Shown here piece after piece: positions 18,092 to 26,298 of a stretch of 64,000 bases of DNA (position 1 is the first letter of the stretch; each line of letters starts with the position of its first letter). A program made the translations under genes and the position numbers. Below the pieces are notes generated by a model. The model was not told the DNA's origin. It saw only the letters and a list, made by a program, of their open reading frames with translations, and made no database searches. The stretch is from Treponemataceae bacterium (lineage in GTDB: Bacteria; Spirochaetota; Spirochaetia; Treponematales; Rectinemataceae): the NCBI GenBank assembly GCA_963677895.2, contig CAXXGJ010000038.1, forward strand, positions 352,001 to 416,000. The letters are read 5' to 3'.

Positions 18092-18819
18092 GGTATTTTC
18101 ATGCGCCGGAGAGGCCACCAGACGGCGATGATACGCCCGATGATTCTTTCCTGTCCGATGGATCCCCATAGCCGGGATCCCGCCAACAGAGATCGGTCGT
18201 CGCAGGCGACAAAGTATTCGTTCTTTCCAAGGTTCCTTTCGCGGGCGAATTCTCCGCCCTGAGCCGGCCCGGAAGCCGCGGAGGTTCCGGAAAGCGTATA
18301 GCTGACCTCGGAGAGCATGTATTCATTCTGGAATGAATTGGAGCCCGCAGGGCGGATTTCATAGAGAGCCCCCTTGAGTCTGATGGCGTCGCCGGGCAGA
18401 CCTATGACTCTATACAGGCCTGGAGCGGTCAGGCTAAGGCCATGACGCCGAGCCAAGGGGGAATAGTATTGAAGCGTAAAGAACCGCGCCAGGCTGTCCC
18501 ATGCGCCGAACCACCAACTCTCGGTCGGTATGGGATCGGGAGCCACGACGATGAGCTCCCCTCTTTTCAAATCGGTTATGCGAGGCAATTTTCCGAAAAG
18601 CGTTACGGCGCCGACGGGAAGGGGAAAAGACAGGACCCTGTCGCCAGGGGCAAGAGCCGGCCGCATCGACGTGGCGTCAACCTTATACGACTGAAGGAAA
18701 AAAGCGCGAACAAGCCCCACCGCGAGCAGGACGAGGAGGACCTTGCGGAGTCCTCTGCGCCTTTTGCGGGCGGTCATCACTTTCTCGGTGTAGGAGCGAT
18801 GTCTATTGGAAAAAGCCAT
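18088..18819 (-). CDS. Signal peptidase I-like protein, catalytically degenerate
   Basis: TM helix, box B SMRPAL..GD, box D LYRVIGLPGD lacking the Lys, eroded box E, C-terminal IIGR...WWPL. Confidence 0.85.
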   Translation of the reverse strand: MAFSNRHRSYTEKVMTARKRRRGLRKVLLVLLAVGLVRAFFLQSYKVDATSMRPALAPGDRVLSFPLPVGAVTLFGKLPRITDLKRGELIVVAPDPIPTESWWFGAWDSLARFFTLQYYSPLARRHGLSLTAPGLYRVIGLPGDAIRLKGALYEIRPAGSNSFQNEYMLSEVSYTLSGTSAASGPAQGGEFARERNLGKNEYFVACDDRSLLAGSRLWGSIGQERIIGRIIAVWWPLRRMKIP

Positions 18820-18883
18820 GACCTGTCCCCCTGGAATCTACCGGCACCCGACGCCCTGACCAAGGCATCGGCAGGATGAATCT

Positions 18884-19873
18884 TCAGCGGATTCGGCCTG
18901 CCCGGCCCAATGGCCAGTAGATGAACAATGCCCTTCCGAGCACTCGGTTCAGGTTCACCGGGCCGAAGTAGCGGGCGTCCCGCGAATTGTCCCTGTTGTC
19001 GCCCATCGGGAAGATTCTTCCCTCCGGTATATACCAACCCATCTCGTAGCGTCTGGATGTGGCGGCGATTCGGGAATCCGAGGGATTCATGTCCTTGAGC
19101 ACGGAAACCCTTTTCATGTCGTAACCGAAAGCGTCCTTGTAAGCCGAGGAGATGTCTGCCGATTTCGATGACACGGGAACGCTAAGCTTGCCTTCCTGAT
19201 ACGCCGACATCGCGCCGACGGCCTCGATTGCCGCGTATTCGCTTTTAGCCACCATCCGCTCGGCGGCGAAGGGAAGCCCCAGATTCTTCATCAACGTGGG
19301 CTCGGAAAACCAGGAAGAAGAACCTTCGGGTTTGATGGATACCTCGCCCATGTCGACTCTGATCCTGTCGCCTGAAAATCCGATGGCGCGCTTTATGAGA
19401 TAATGGACTCTCTGCTCGCCGTTCTGGTCCCTGTCGATGTCGACCATCGTGAGGGTGAGCATGTAGATCATCTGCTGGACGACGGTGAAGACGGGACCTT
19501 TGGAAAGATAGGTGGGATTCTCGAAGACGATGATCTGGCCCCGGTGAGGTTTGGCCACGCCGGGAAGCTTGGCGACGCCAGGCAGGAGTTCGGGGCCATA
19601 GGAAAGCTTGTCGACGAAAATCATGTCGCCGATTTTCAGCGTCTTGACCATGGACTCGGAAGGTATCTGGTAGTTTTGAAAGACATATTGATTGATGACG
19701 AGAACGACGCACGCGGCCCAAAGGATGGCCATGAGCCAATCCACCACGGCATTCCGCCGTTGCTGCTTCATCTTGTCCTTAAGTCTTTTCCTGAGCCGAC
19801 GAGTGAGTAGCGTTTCCGTGAAATTCTGGAGCCTATCGATGAAATCGGCGTTCTTGCCAGCCTGCTTGGTCAT
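18884..19873 (-). CDS. lepB: Signal peptidase I
   Basis: IPSESMVKTL, YLIKRAIG, MGDNRDNSRDARYFG; start 19873 supported by the promoter directly upstream. Confidence 0.93.
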   Translation of the reverse strand: MTKQAGKNADFIDRLQNFTETLLTRRLRKRLKDKMKQQRRNAVVDWLMAILWAACVVLVINQYVFQNYQIPSESMVKTLKIGDMIFVDKLSYGPELLPGVAKLPGVAKPHRGQIIVFENPTYLSKGPVFTVVQQMIYMLTLTMVDIDRDQNGEQRVHYLIKRAIGFSGDRIRVDMGEVSIKPEGSSSWFSEPTLMKNLGLPFAAERMVAKSEYAAIEAVGAMSAYQEGKLSVPVSSKSADISSAYKDAFGYDMKRVSVLKDMNPSDSRIAATSRRYEMGWYIPEGRIFPMGDNRDNSRDARYFGPVNLNRVLGRALFIYWPLGRAGRIR

Positions 19874-19939
19874 TGAAATCACACTACCATGTTCGTACCG
19901 CGTTGACAAGGTCCGGACGCATCCTATACGCTTCTCTCA
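19874..19939. promoter_or_regulatory. Back-to-back sigma70-type promoters sharing one -35 region
   Basis: Minus strand: TTGTCA-17-TAGTGT-7-ATG. Plus strand: TTGACA-18-TACGCT-7-ATG. Confidence 0.65.
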
Positions 19940-21547
19940 ATGAAGGAAGAGAAGAAAATCACACAGTCCGACATCGATCAGGCAACCGTCAGACTGCATT
20001 CCATAGCCGGCGTCGAGCCACGCGTCTATCTGCCTGCGGTCTATGCGATTCTCGCGATGTTCCTGCTCTTCCTGGCCCTTGTTTTGCCGGGGATACGGAA
20101 AAATGGAAGCTATCTTGTTTTTGCTGGCGCTCCCGCCAGATCGGCCGTCTACGTCGACGACTCGTACAAAGGAAGCACCGGACAGAATATCTTCCTTCCT
20201 TCGGGCAACTATTCGATCCGCATCGAAAGAGAGGGATTCAAGCCTGAGACCAGGAATGTCCGCATAAAAGGAAGGCTTCTGGGCAGCCTCATTTTCCCTC
20301 GCCGCGAAAAAATCGAATTCGGCCTTTCGGCAGAAAATCCCGCGGCCCTCATTCATACCGCATATAAAGAATATGCCGAGTGGTCCCTGGCGGGAAAACC
20401 GAGCGCCCTCTACCAGTTTCCGACCGTCCTCTCCGACGCGGTTTCAGCCTTGGCCGGGACGGGCGCCTTATCGACCGCCTTCTCTGACGCGCCGGTGCCA
20501 AGCGGCAAGAATAGCGAGGCCGCCGCGCATTCAGGTTCGCTGGACTTTGCCAGGGATATCCTGTCGGCCACCGCTTCATCCGAATCCGCGAGGGATGGAT
20601 TGAAGGCGAGCGCCCTTGTATCCACCGCGGGCATGCCCGGCCCGCTCTCCCTGGTCTCGGCGGCCCGCATAGCGGTCGCCGCCATCTGTTCGGAAAAAGC
20701 CGGAGCGGTCTGGCTCCAGGACGTCCTGTCCAAGGACAGCGCGACTTCCCTGCCTTTGAGCTCCATCGCCAAAAGCGCGGCCGCGGCTAAGCCGGCGGCG
20801 GGCAAGGAAGTGCCAAGCCCCAGGGGTTCCGTTTCGCTGAGCGGCCATGATTTCGTTCTCTTCTCGCAAGGGGAGCTGCCCATGGGCGGCGAAGCCCCTT
20901 CCGGTTCCCAGGCCGGCTATATGGCGAGCGTTTCCACCTTCGGCATCGCCCGGACTGAGGTCACAAACAGACAATGGGCCGCCTTCCTCGCGGCCAACGC
21001 CGGCTGGCAGCCAAGGAACAAGGCCGCCCTCATCGAAGCGGGGCTGGCTGATGATACCTATCTCAGCGAATGGAAGGAAACCGGAATCGACGGCGACAAG
21101 CCCGTAACCTACGTTTCATGGGCAGCGGCGTCGGCCTATTGCGCATGGCTCTCCTCCAGAACGGGAAGCGCGTGGAAAGCGGCGCTGCCCAGCGAGGCGA
21201 TGTGGGAGGCGGCGGCTCGCGCGGGACTTTCCGACCCGGCCTCGCCGACGGAAAAGAAAGCCACCTGGTCCGATGCGGCGAAAGACGGTCCCGCGCGATC
21301 GGGCGCCGCCGGCTATTCCGCGACAGGCCTCGCCGACATGTTCGGCAATGTATGGGAATGGACTGCCGACGCCTATCGCCCCTACCCCGCCTTCGCGGCC
21401 GGCCAATTTTCGGGGGACGAAAAAGCTGTCCGCGGCGGCTCCTGGGCCAACGACTCCGATTCCATAACCCTGTTCTCGCGCGGAGGCATGCCCTCTGCCC
21501 ACGGATCCGCCTTTCTCGGCTTCAGGCCCGCGATAGTGGAACGATGA
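19940..21547 (+). CDS. Membrane-anchored PEGA + FGE/SUMF1-domain protein
   Basis: TM helix; PEGA-like segment (VYVDD...G.YSIRIEREGF); TEVTN, LPSEAMWE.AAR, GLADMFGNVWEW, RGGSW, GFR. Confidence 0.85.
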   Translation: MKEEKKITQSDIDQATVRLHSIAGVEPRVYLPAVYAILAMFLLFLALVLPGIRKNGSYLVFAGAPARSAVYVDDSYKGSTGQNIFLPSGNYSIRIEREGFKPETRNVRIKGRLLGSLIFPRREKIEFGLSAENPAALIHTAYKEYAEWSLAGKPSALYQFPTVLSDAVSALAGTGALSTAFSDAPVPSGKNSEAAAHSGSLDFARDILSATASSESARDGLKASALVSTAGMPGPLSLVSAARIAVAAICSEKAGAVWLQDVLSKDSATSLPLSSIAKSAAAAKPAAGKEVPSPRGSVSLSGHDFVLFSQGELPMGGEAPSGSQAGYMASVSTFGIARTEVTNRQWAAFLAANAGWQPRNKAALIEAGLADDTYLSEWKETGIDGDKPVTYVSWAAASAYCAWLSSRTGSAWKAALPSEAMWEAAARAGLSDPASPTEKKATWSDAAKDGPARSGAAGYSATGLADMFGNVWEWTADAYRPYPAFAAGQFSGDEKAVRGGSWANDSDSITLFSRGGMPSAHGSAFLGFRPAIVER

Positions 21548-22011
21548 GCATACCGGAAGGCGTCAAGGTCGTAGCCCTCAACAGGCGCGCCCGTTTCGAC
21601 TACAGCGTCGAAGAAAGTTTTGAATGCGGCGTGGAGCTGAAAGGCACCGAAGTCAAATCCATCAAGGACGGAAGAGTATCCTTTCCCGACGCTTACGCCG
21701 ACGTGAGGAACGCCGAAGTCTGGCTGAGGAATTTCCATATCTCGGAATACGTGTTCTCCTCGGTGTTCAGCCATGATCCCGACAGGCCCAAGAAGCTTCT
21801 GCTCCACGCGCAGGAGATTAAACGCATCGACCGGAAGGTCCGCGAAAAAGGCTTTACGCTGATCCCCCTGGCGGTGTACCTCAAGCACGGCCTCGTCAAG
21901 ATCGAGGTTGGGCTCTGCAAAGGCAAGAAAGCCTACGATAAGCGCGCCGACATCAAGGAACGCGACGTGGATCGCGACATCAGGCGCGAATTCCGCACGA
22001 GGGACTGGTAA
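21544..22011 (+). CDS. smpB: SsrA-binding protein
   Basis: NRRARFDY, GVELKGTEVKS, KLLLH, KGKKAYDKR; start ATG 21544. Confidence 0.97.
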   Translation: MSIPEGVKVVALNRRARFDYSVEESFECGVELKGTEVKSIKDGRVSFPDAYADVRNAEVWLRNFHISEYVFSSVFSHDPDRPKKLLLHAQEIKRIDRKVREKGFTLIPLAVYLKHGLVKIEVGLCKGKKAYDKRADIKERDVDRDIRREFRTRDW

Positions 22012-22015
22012 GCCT

Positions 22016-22564
22016 ATGCGCATCACCGGAGGAATCTACTGCGGCAGGACCATCGAGCTTCCCGACGCCCATCTGGCCATCCGTCCCGCCATGGACAGGA
22101 TGAGGGAATCGGTTTTCGGCGTCCTGGGAGACATGACGGGCCTCTCCTTTCTCGATCTCTTTTCCGGATCGGGCATCATCGCCCTCGAGGCGGCGTCGCG
22201 CGGCGCCAACCCGATAATGTGCGTTGAGCGCGATAGGGCAAAGTTCCCCATTCTCCTCAAAAACGTCTCGATAGCGGCCGATCAGCGCATCGAGTGCAAA
22301 GCCCAGCCGGTGGAGCTTTTCCTGGCCCGAAATAAGGTCGCCTTCGATATCGCCTTCCTCGACCCCCCCTTTCCCTACGCCTTCAAGCTGGATCTGCTCA
22401 AGACCCTGGTGAAGGGATCTTCCCTCAAGGAAGGCGGTCTCGTGATCATCCATTTCCCCAAGGAAGACAAACTGCCGCTGAAAATCGGATCCCTCGCGGT
22501 CGAGGACGAACGAAGCTACGGTCGCTCGATCGTGCGTTTTTATCGAAGCCGCGAGGCGTCCTGA
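22016..22564 (+). CDS. rsmD: 16S rRNA m2G966 methyltransferase RsmD family
   Basis: MRITGG, RP..DRMRES.F, LDLFSGSG...EA.SRGA, DPPF. Confidence 0.92.
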   Translation: MRITGGIYCGRTIELPDAHLAIRPAMDRMRESVFGVLGDMTGLSFLDLFSGSGIIALEAASRGANPIMCVERDRAKFPILLKNVSIAADQRIECKAQPVELFLARNKVAFDIAFLDPPFPYAFKLDLLKTLVKGSSLKEGGLVIIHFPKEDKLPLKIGSLAVEDERSYGRSIVRFYRSREAS

Positions 22565-22695
22565 CCCTGAAATGACACTGATTGCTTTTTCCGCTTTTTC
22601 GCTTTATACTTTTCAATTAGACAGAAAGCAGCCTTAGGTCCGTATTTTTAAAATGTTTGAATCATAAAATACGCTTTCTGCCACAAGGAAAAAAC

Positions 22696-23844
22696 ATGAG
22701 CGACATGCCTGCTCCTCTCCCCCAAGACGATTTCTTTGAAATTCCGGAAGCGCTCGAAAGCGAACTGAACGAGATTTCCGAATCCTCCAAGAAAGGTTAC
22801 CAGCTTCTCAAGGAAAACCGGTTCGACGAAGCCGTCGAGTGCTTTGCCCAGATTCTGGAAAAGGACAAGGAAAACAACTACGCGTTGGTCGGCCTCGGCG
22901 ACGCGGCCCGCAAACGCGGCGCGTACAGGGACGCCGCCGACCATTACCGGCGCTGTCTCGTATTCCATCCCGGAAACAGCTACGCCCTGTTCGGTCTGGC
23001 GGACTGCTACAAGGCCCTCAACCAGTACCATAAAGCCATAGAAATATGGGAGCAGTACCTGCTCCACGACAATACGAACATCACGGTCCTGACGAGAGTG
23101 GCCGACGCGTATAGAAAAGTCCACGATTTCAGGAAATCCAAGGCCATCTATCAGCGCGTTCTCGAGATGGAAGCCGACAATCATTACGCCCTCATCGGCC
23201 TCGGCCATCTGCATTATGACTTCAAGGAATACAAGGAAGCCCTCGGCTACTGGCAGAGAATGGTCGATCTTCAGGCAGATAGGGTCGATATCAGGGTTCT
23301 CACCTCCATCGGGAATTGCTACAGGAAACTGAAGCAGTTCGATCGAGGCGTTCCCTATTTCGAGAAGGCCCTGGAAAGGGAGCCGGACAATTTCTACGCC
23401 CTCTTCGGCATAGCCGACTGCTATCGAGGCGTCGGCAAGCAGGCCAATTCCCTCATCTACTGGAACAAGATTCTGGAAAAGGATCCCAAGAACAAAGTTA
23501 TCCTCACCAGGGCAGGCGATGCCTACAGGAATATCGGCGACCTGGATAAAGCGGTGAAATACTACGAGGACGCCCTCAACATAGAGTTCGACGTATACGC
23601 CATCCTAGGCCTGGCCGTCATCGCGCGCACTCAGGGAAAATGGGACGACGCCATCACCAGCCTCAAGATGCTCATACAGAACGATCCCAAGAATTACCGC
23701 ATCTATCTCGAGCTCGCCCAGTGCTACGTGGCGGCCGGTCAGCGCCAGCAGGCCATAGATATCCTCAGCGACTTCACGAAGATGGGGATCAAGAATCCCT
23801 TCATCTCGGAAGCGCTTCTGAAGCTTTCGGCGAAGGCTTCGTGA
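22696..23844 (+). CDS. Tetratricopeptide repeat protein
   Basis: Many 34-aa repeats (N.YAL.GLGD/AD.Y); ATG 22696 follows AAGGA. Confidence 0.92.
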   Translation: MSDMPAPLPQDDFFEIPEALESELNEISESSKKGYQLLKENRFDEAVECFAQILEKDKENNYALVGLGDAARKRGAYRDAADHYRRCLVFHPGNSYALFGLADCYKALNQYHKAIEIWEQYLLHDNTNITVLTRVADAYRKVHDFRKSKAIYQRVLEMEADNHYALIGLGHLHYDFKEYKEALGYWQRMVDLQADRVDIRVLTSIGNCYRKLKQFDRGVPYFEKALEREPDNFYALFGIADCYRGVGKQANSLIYWNKILEKDPKNKVILTRAGDAYRNIGDLDKAVKYYEDALNIEFDVYAILGLAVIARTQGKWDDAITSLKMLIQNDPKNYRIYLELAQCYVAAGQRQQAIDILSDFTKMGIKNPFISEALLKLSAKAS

Positions 23845-23859
23845 AGGCAAGACCATAGG

Positions 23860-24921
23860 ATGACAAACCGACCTTTGAACGAAGAAAAACCGTCGGTCTA
23901 TCCTTCGGGCCTGCTCCCTGACGAGATCCTCGATCTTCTCCGCTTCGAGCAGGCTTACAGGGCGAAACAGGTCTACGACTGGATCGTGCGCGGAACGGGC
24001 GATTTTTCCGGCATGACCAATCTCCCCGCCGCCGACAAGGAACGTTTGACCGCGCTGTTCGGCACCCTCCGCTCATCCTCGGTGAGTTCGGAATTCAAGG
24101 ATGAGGACGGATCCCTCAAGCTGCAGATACGACTCCGCGACGGCGCGGCCGTCGAGTGTGTTCTCCTGGAGGATATCGAGGGAAGGAAGACCGCCTGTCT
24201 CTCCAGCCAGGTGGGTTGTCCCATGGGCTGCAAATTCTGCCGTACCGGCCAGCTCGGTTTCCTGCGGAATCTCGGACCGGACGAAATCCTCGAGCAGTAT
24301 TACTTCCTCAAGGAAAGACGCGGCTTCATATCGAATGTCGTCTTCATGGGCATGGGAGAACCCCTCCTCAATCTTCCCGCGCTGCGAAAATCGATTGCCC
24401 TCCTCGCTGATCCGGAAGGCATAGGCATGTCGCTGCGAAAGATCACCATATCCACGAGCGGCGTAGTCCCGGGGATTCTCGACCTGGCGGCCAACGGTCC
24501 CCGAGTCAGGCTCGCCGTGTCGCTGACCACCGCCAACGAGGATATGCGGTCGGAGATGATGCCCATAAATCGCACCTGGAACCTTGCGACTCTCAAGGCC
24601 GCCCTCGTCGAATACCAGGAAAAGACAGGCGAGCGCGTCACCCTCGAAGCCGTCCTCACCGGAAACAGGAACGCGAGCCCAGACGATGCCCGCGCCCTGG
24701 TGCGCTGGGTAAAGCCGCTCAAGGCCCAGGTCAATCTCATTCCATGGAACGCTGTGCCCGGCCTTCCTTTCGAAACGCCCAGCAAGGCGCAAGTCCAGGC
24801 CTTCACCGACGTGCTCGAAAAGGCTGGACTCGTCGCCGTCCAGCGAATGCATCGCGGCAGGGGCGTCATGGGCGCCTGCGGCCAGCTCGGAGACACGCTC
24901 CAGGCCAATTCCAAGCCCTGA
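23860..24921 (+). CDS. rlmN: 23S rRNA m2A2503 methyltransferase RlmN
   Basis: CLSSQVGCPMGCKFC, MGMGEP, VNLIPWN, GACGQL. Confidence 0.95.
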   Translation: MTNRPLNEEKPSVYPSGLLPDEILDLLRFEQAYRAKQVYDWIVRGTGDFSGMTNLPAADKERLTALFGTLRSSSVSSEFKDEDGSLKLQIRLRDGAAVECVLLEDIEGRKTACLSSQVGCPMGCKFCRTGQLGFLRNLGPDEILEQYYFLKERRGFISNVVFMGMGEPLLNLPALRKSIALLADPEGIGMSLRKITISTSGVVPGILDLAANGPRVRLAVSLTTANEDMRSEMMPINRTWNLATLKAALVEYQEKTGERVTLEAVLTGNRNASPDDARALVRWVKPLKAQVNLIPWNAVPGLPFETPSKAQVQAFTDVLEKAGLVAVQRMHRGRGVMGACGQLGDTLQANSKP

Positions 24922-24962
24922 CATAATCCGATTACCTTCGCACCCTCGGTCGCGGAAATTGT

Positions 24963-26279
24963 TCACCCGCCACAGCCATCTCCCGATGATTTCCCCAGCT
25001 TTCGCATGAGCCGCGTCCGCCTTTTCTCGAGCGCCTCAAGTTCGGGGCTGTCTCGGTTTAGAGCGCTGGGATTCCGGACTCCCGTTTCTTGGGCGGCTTC
25101 CGCTTCCAGGATGGCCTTGGCCTTTTCGGCGTAGTCGAGAGCGGTTCTGGGATCCTTCCTCATGTGTTCGTGGAATTTCGCCTTTTCTGTGCAGCCTTCG
25201 ACGCTATTTTCGTCCATCGCGGCGATGACGCGTCCGCAGGCTTCCAGATCCCCCGCCTTTCTGTAGAACCTGAAAAGAAGCTTAAGCGCCCCATGGTCAC
25301 CGGCCGCGGCGCCTTCCTCGAGGAGGGCATAGCCTTCCTCCGATCTGTCGGCCGCCATGAGTTCCATGGCGAGATGCGGGACATAGACTCTTTCGCTCTC
25401 CCAGCGTACGCAGGGTTCCTTCATGATTCCCTCGACCCTGAGGAAGAGCCTGGCGAGCGATCTGACATCGAGGAGATTGTGGTCGGCCACCTTTCCCATC
25501 GCCGCGAGAGAGGCTTCGAGAGTATCGGCGTCCGCGGCGTTCGCCCCCGAATATTCGAGCCAGAGCCGCGGGATGAGAAATCCGGGTACATCATCCTCCC
25601 GCCCCTCCCCGAGAACGGCTATCTCCATGGCTTGCAGGGAGCAGGAGCCGAAGGTTTTCTTCCAGAACTTCCTCGCCATATGCAGGAGGTCTATGTGGCC
25701 GAATTCGGGGACGGGAACGGCGTTCATGATGCATCGCGTTCTTAAAAGGGGCAGATCGAAGGCAGCCCCGTTGTAGGTGACGAGATAAGGATGGTCAGCG
25801 AGAAGGTTGACCGTGAAATCGAGAAAAGTAGGCTCACCCGGGAAATCGTCGATGAATACTTGGGTGACGAGGAAGCTTCCGCCCTCGAAAAAACCGACGG
25901 CCGCGAGGAAAGCTATGGTGCCTGCCCCGCCCGAAAGGCCTGTGGTCTCGAGGTCGAAGAAGGAGAGCCGGTTCAGGGGTATGGCGGTCAAAGGCATGGG
26001 CTCCAGGCCCTTTTTCCGTCTCAGCCGCTGGTTCGCGAAATGGCTTTCCTCGAAGCAGTCGCCGCGGTTTTCGTCCAGGCCGAAGCCGGTCTCCACCGTC
26101 CGCGTATAGGTGTGGGGAGCGATCCTTTCCCATCCTGGAAGGAAACCGGACTTTTCTTCCCGTACCGGTTTTTTCGACTTTTTCGGCCTTTCCGATCTTT
26201 CCGGCTTGTCAGGGCGCGACCCGATTTCCGAGGCCTTGATGAGACCCATTTCCTTGAGGCGGGCAAGCCGCCCTTTCAT
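24963..26279 (-). CDS. DEDD/RNase H-like exonuclease with helical C-terminus (YprB/MrfB-like)
   Basis: FFDLETTGLSGGAG, TYNGAAFDLP, HIDLLH, HNLLDV; follows the DUF1998 helicase; start approximate. Confidence 0.88.
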   Translation of the reverse strand: MKGRLARLKEMGLIKASEIGSRPDKPERSERPKKSKKPVREEKSGFLPGWERIAPHTYTRTVETGFGLDENRGDCFEESHFANQRLRRKKGLEPMPLTAIPLNRLSFFDLETTGLSGGAGTIAFLAAVGFFEGGSFLVTQVFIDDFPGEPTFLDFTVNLLADHPYLVTYNGAAFDLPLLRTRCIMNAVPVPEFGHIDLLHMARKFWKKTFGSCSLQAMEIAVLGEGREDDVPGFLIPRLWLEYSGANAADADTLEASLAAMGKVADHNLLDVRSLARLFLRVEGIMKEPCVRWESERVYVPHLAMELMAADRSEEGYALLEEGAAAGDHGALKLLFRFYRKAGDLEACGRVIAAMDENSVEGCTEKAKFHEHMRKDPRTALDYAEKAKAILEAEAAQETGVRNPSALNRDSPELEALEKRRTRLMRKLGKSSGDGCGG

Positions 26280-26298
26280 GGCTGACAAGGAAAGCTCC

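Noticed and set aside
20840..21547. FGE/C-type-lectin domain as a diversity-generating retroelement target
   Set aside because: No reverse transcriptase or template repeat is visible in the window.
21070..22015. Long N-terminal extensions of smpB and rsmD in the ORF track (likewise murI, USP, subunit I, hemW, gap and the 58246 lipoprotein ORF)
   Set aside because: The extensions overlap neighbouring genes or lack family similarity; motifs begin at downstream ATGs with overlap, SD or promoter support.
21544..22700. tmRNA or tRNA near smpB
   Set aside because: The intergenic space is too short for tmRNA and shows no tRNA-like ends.
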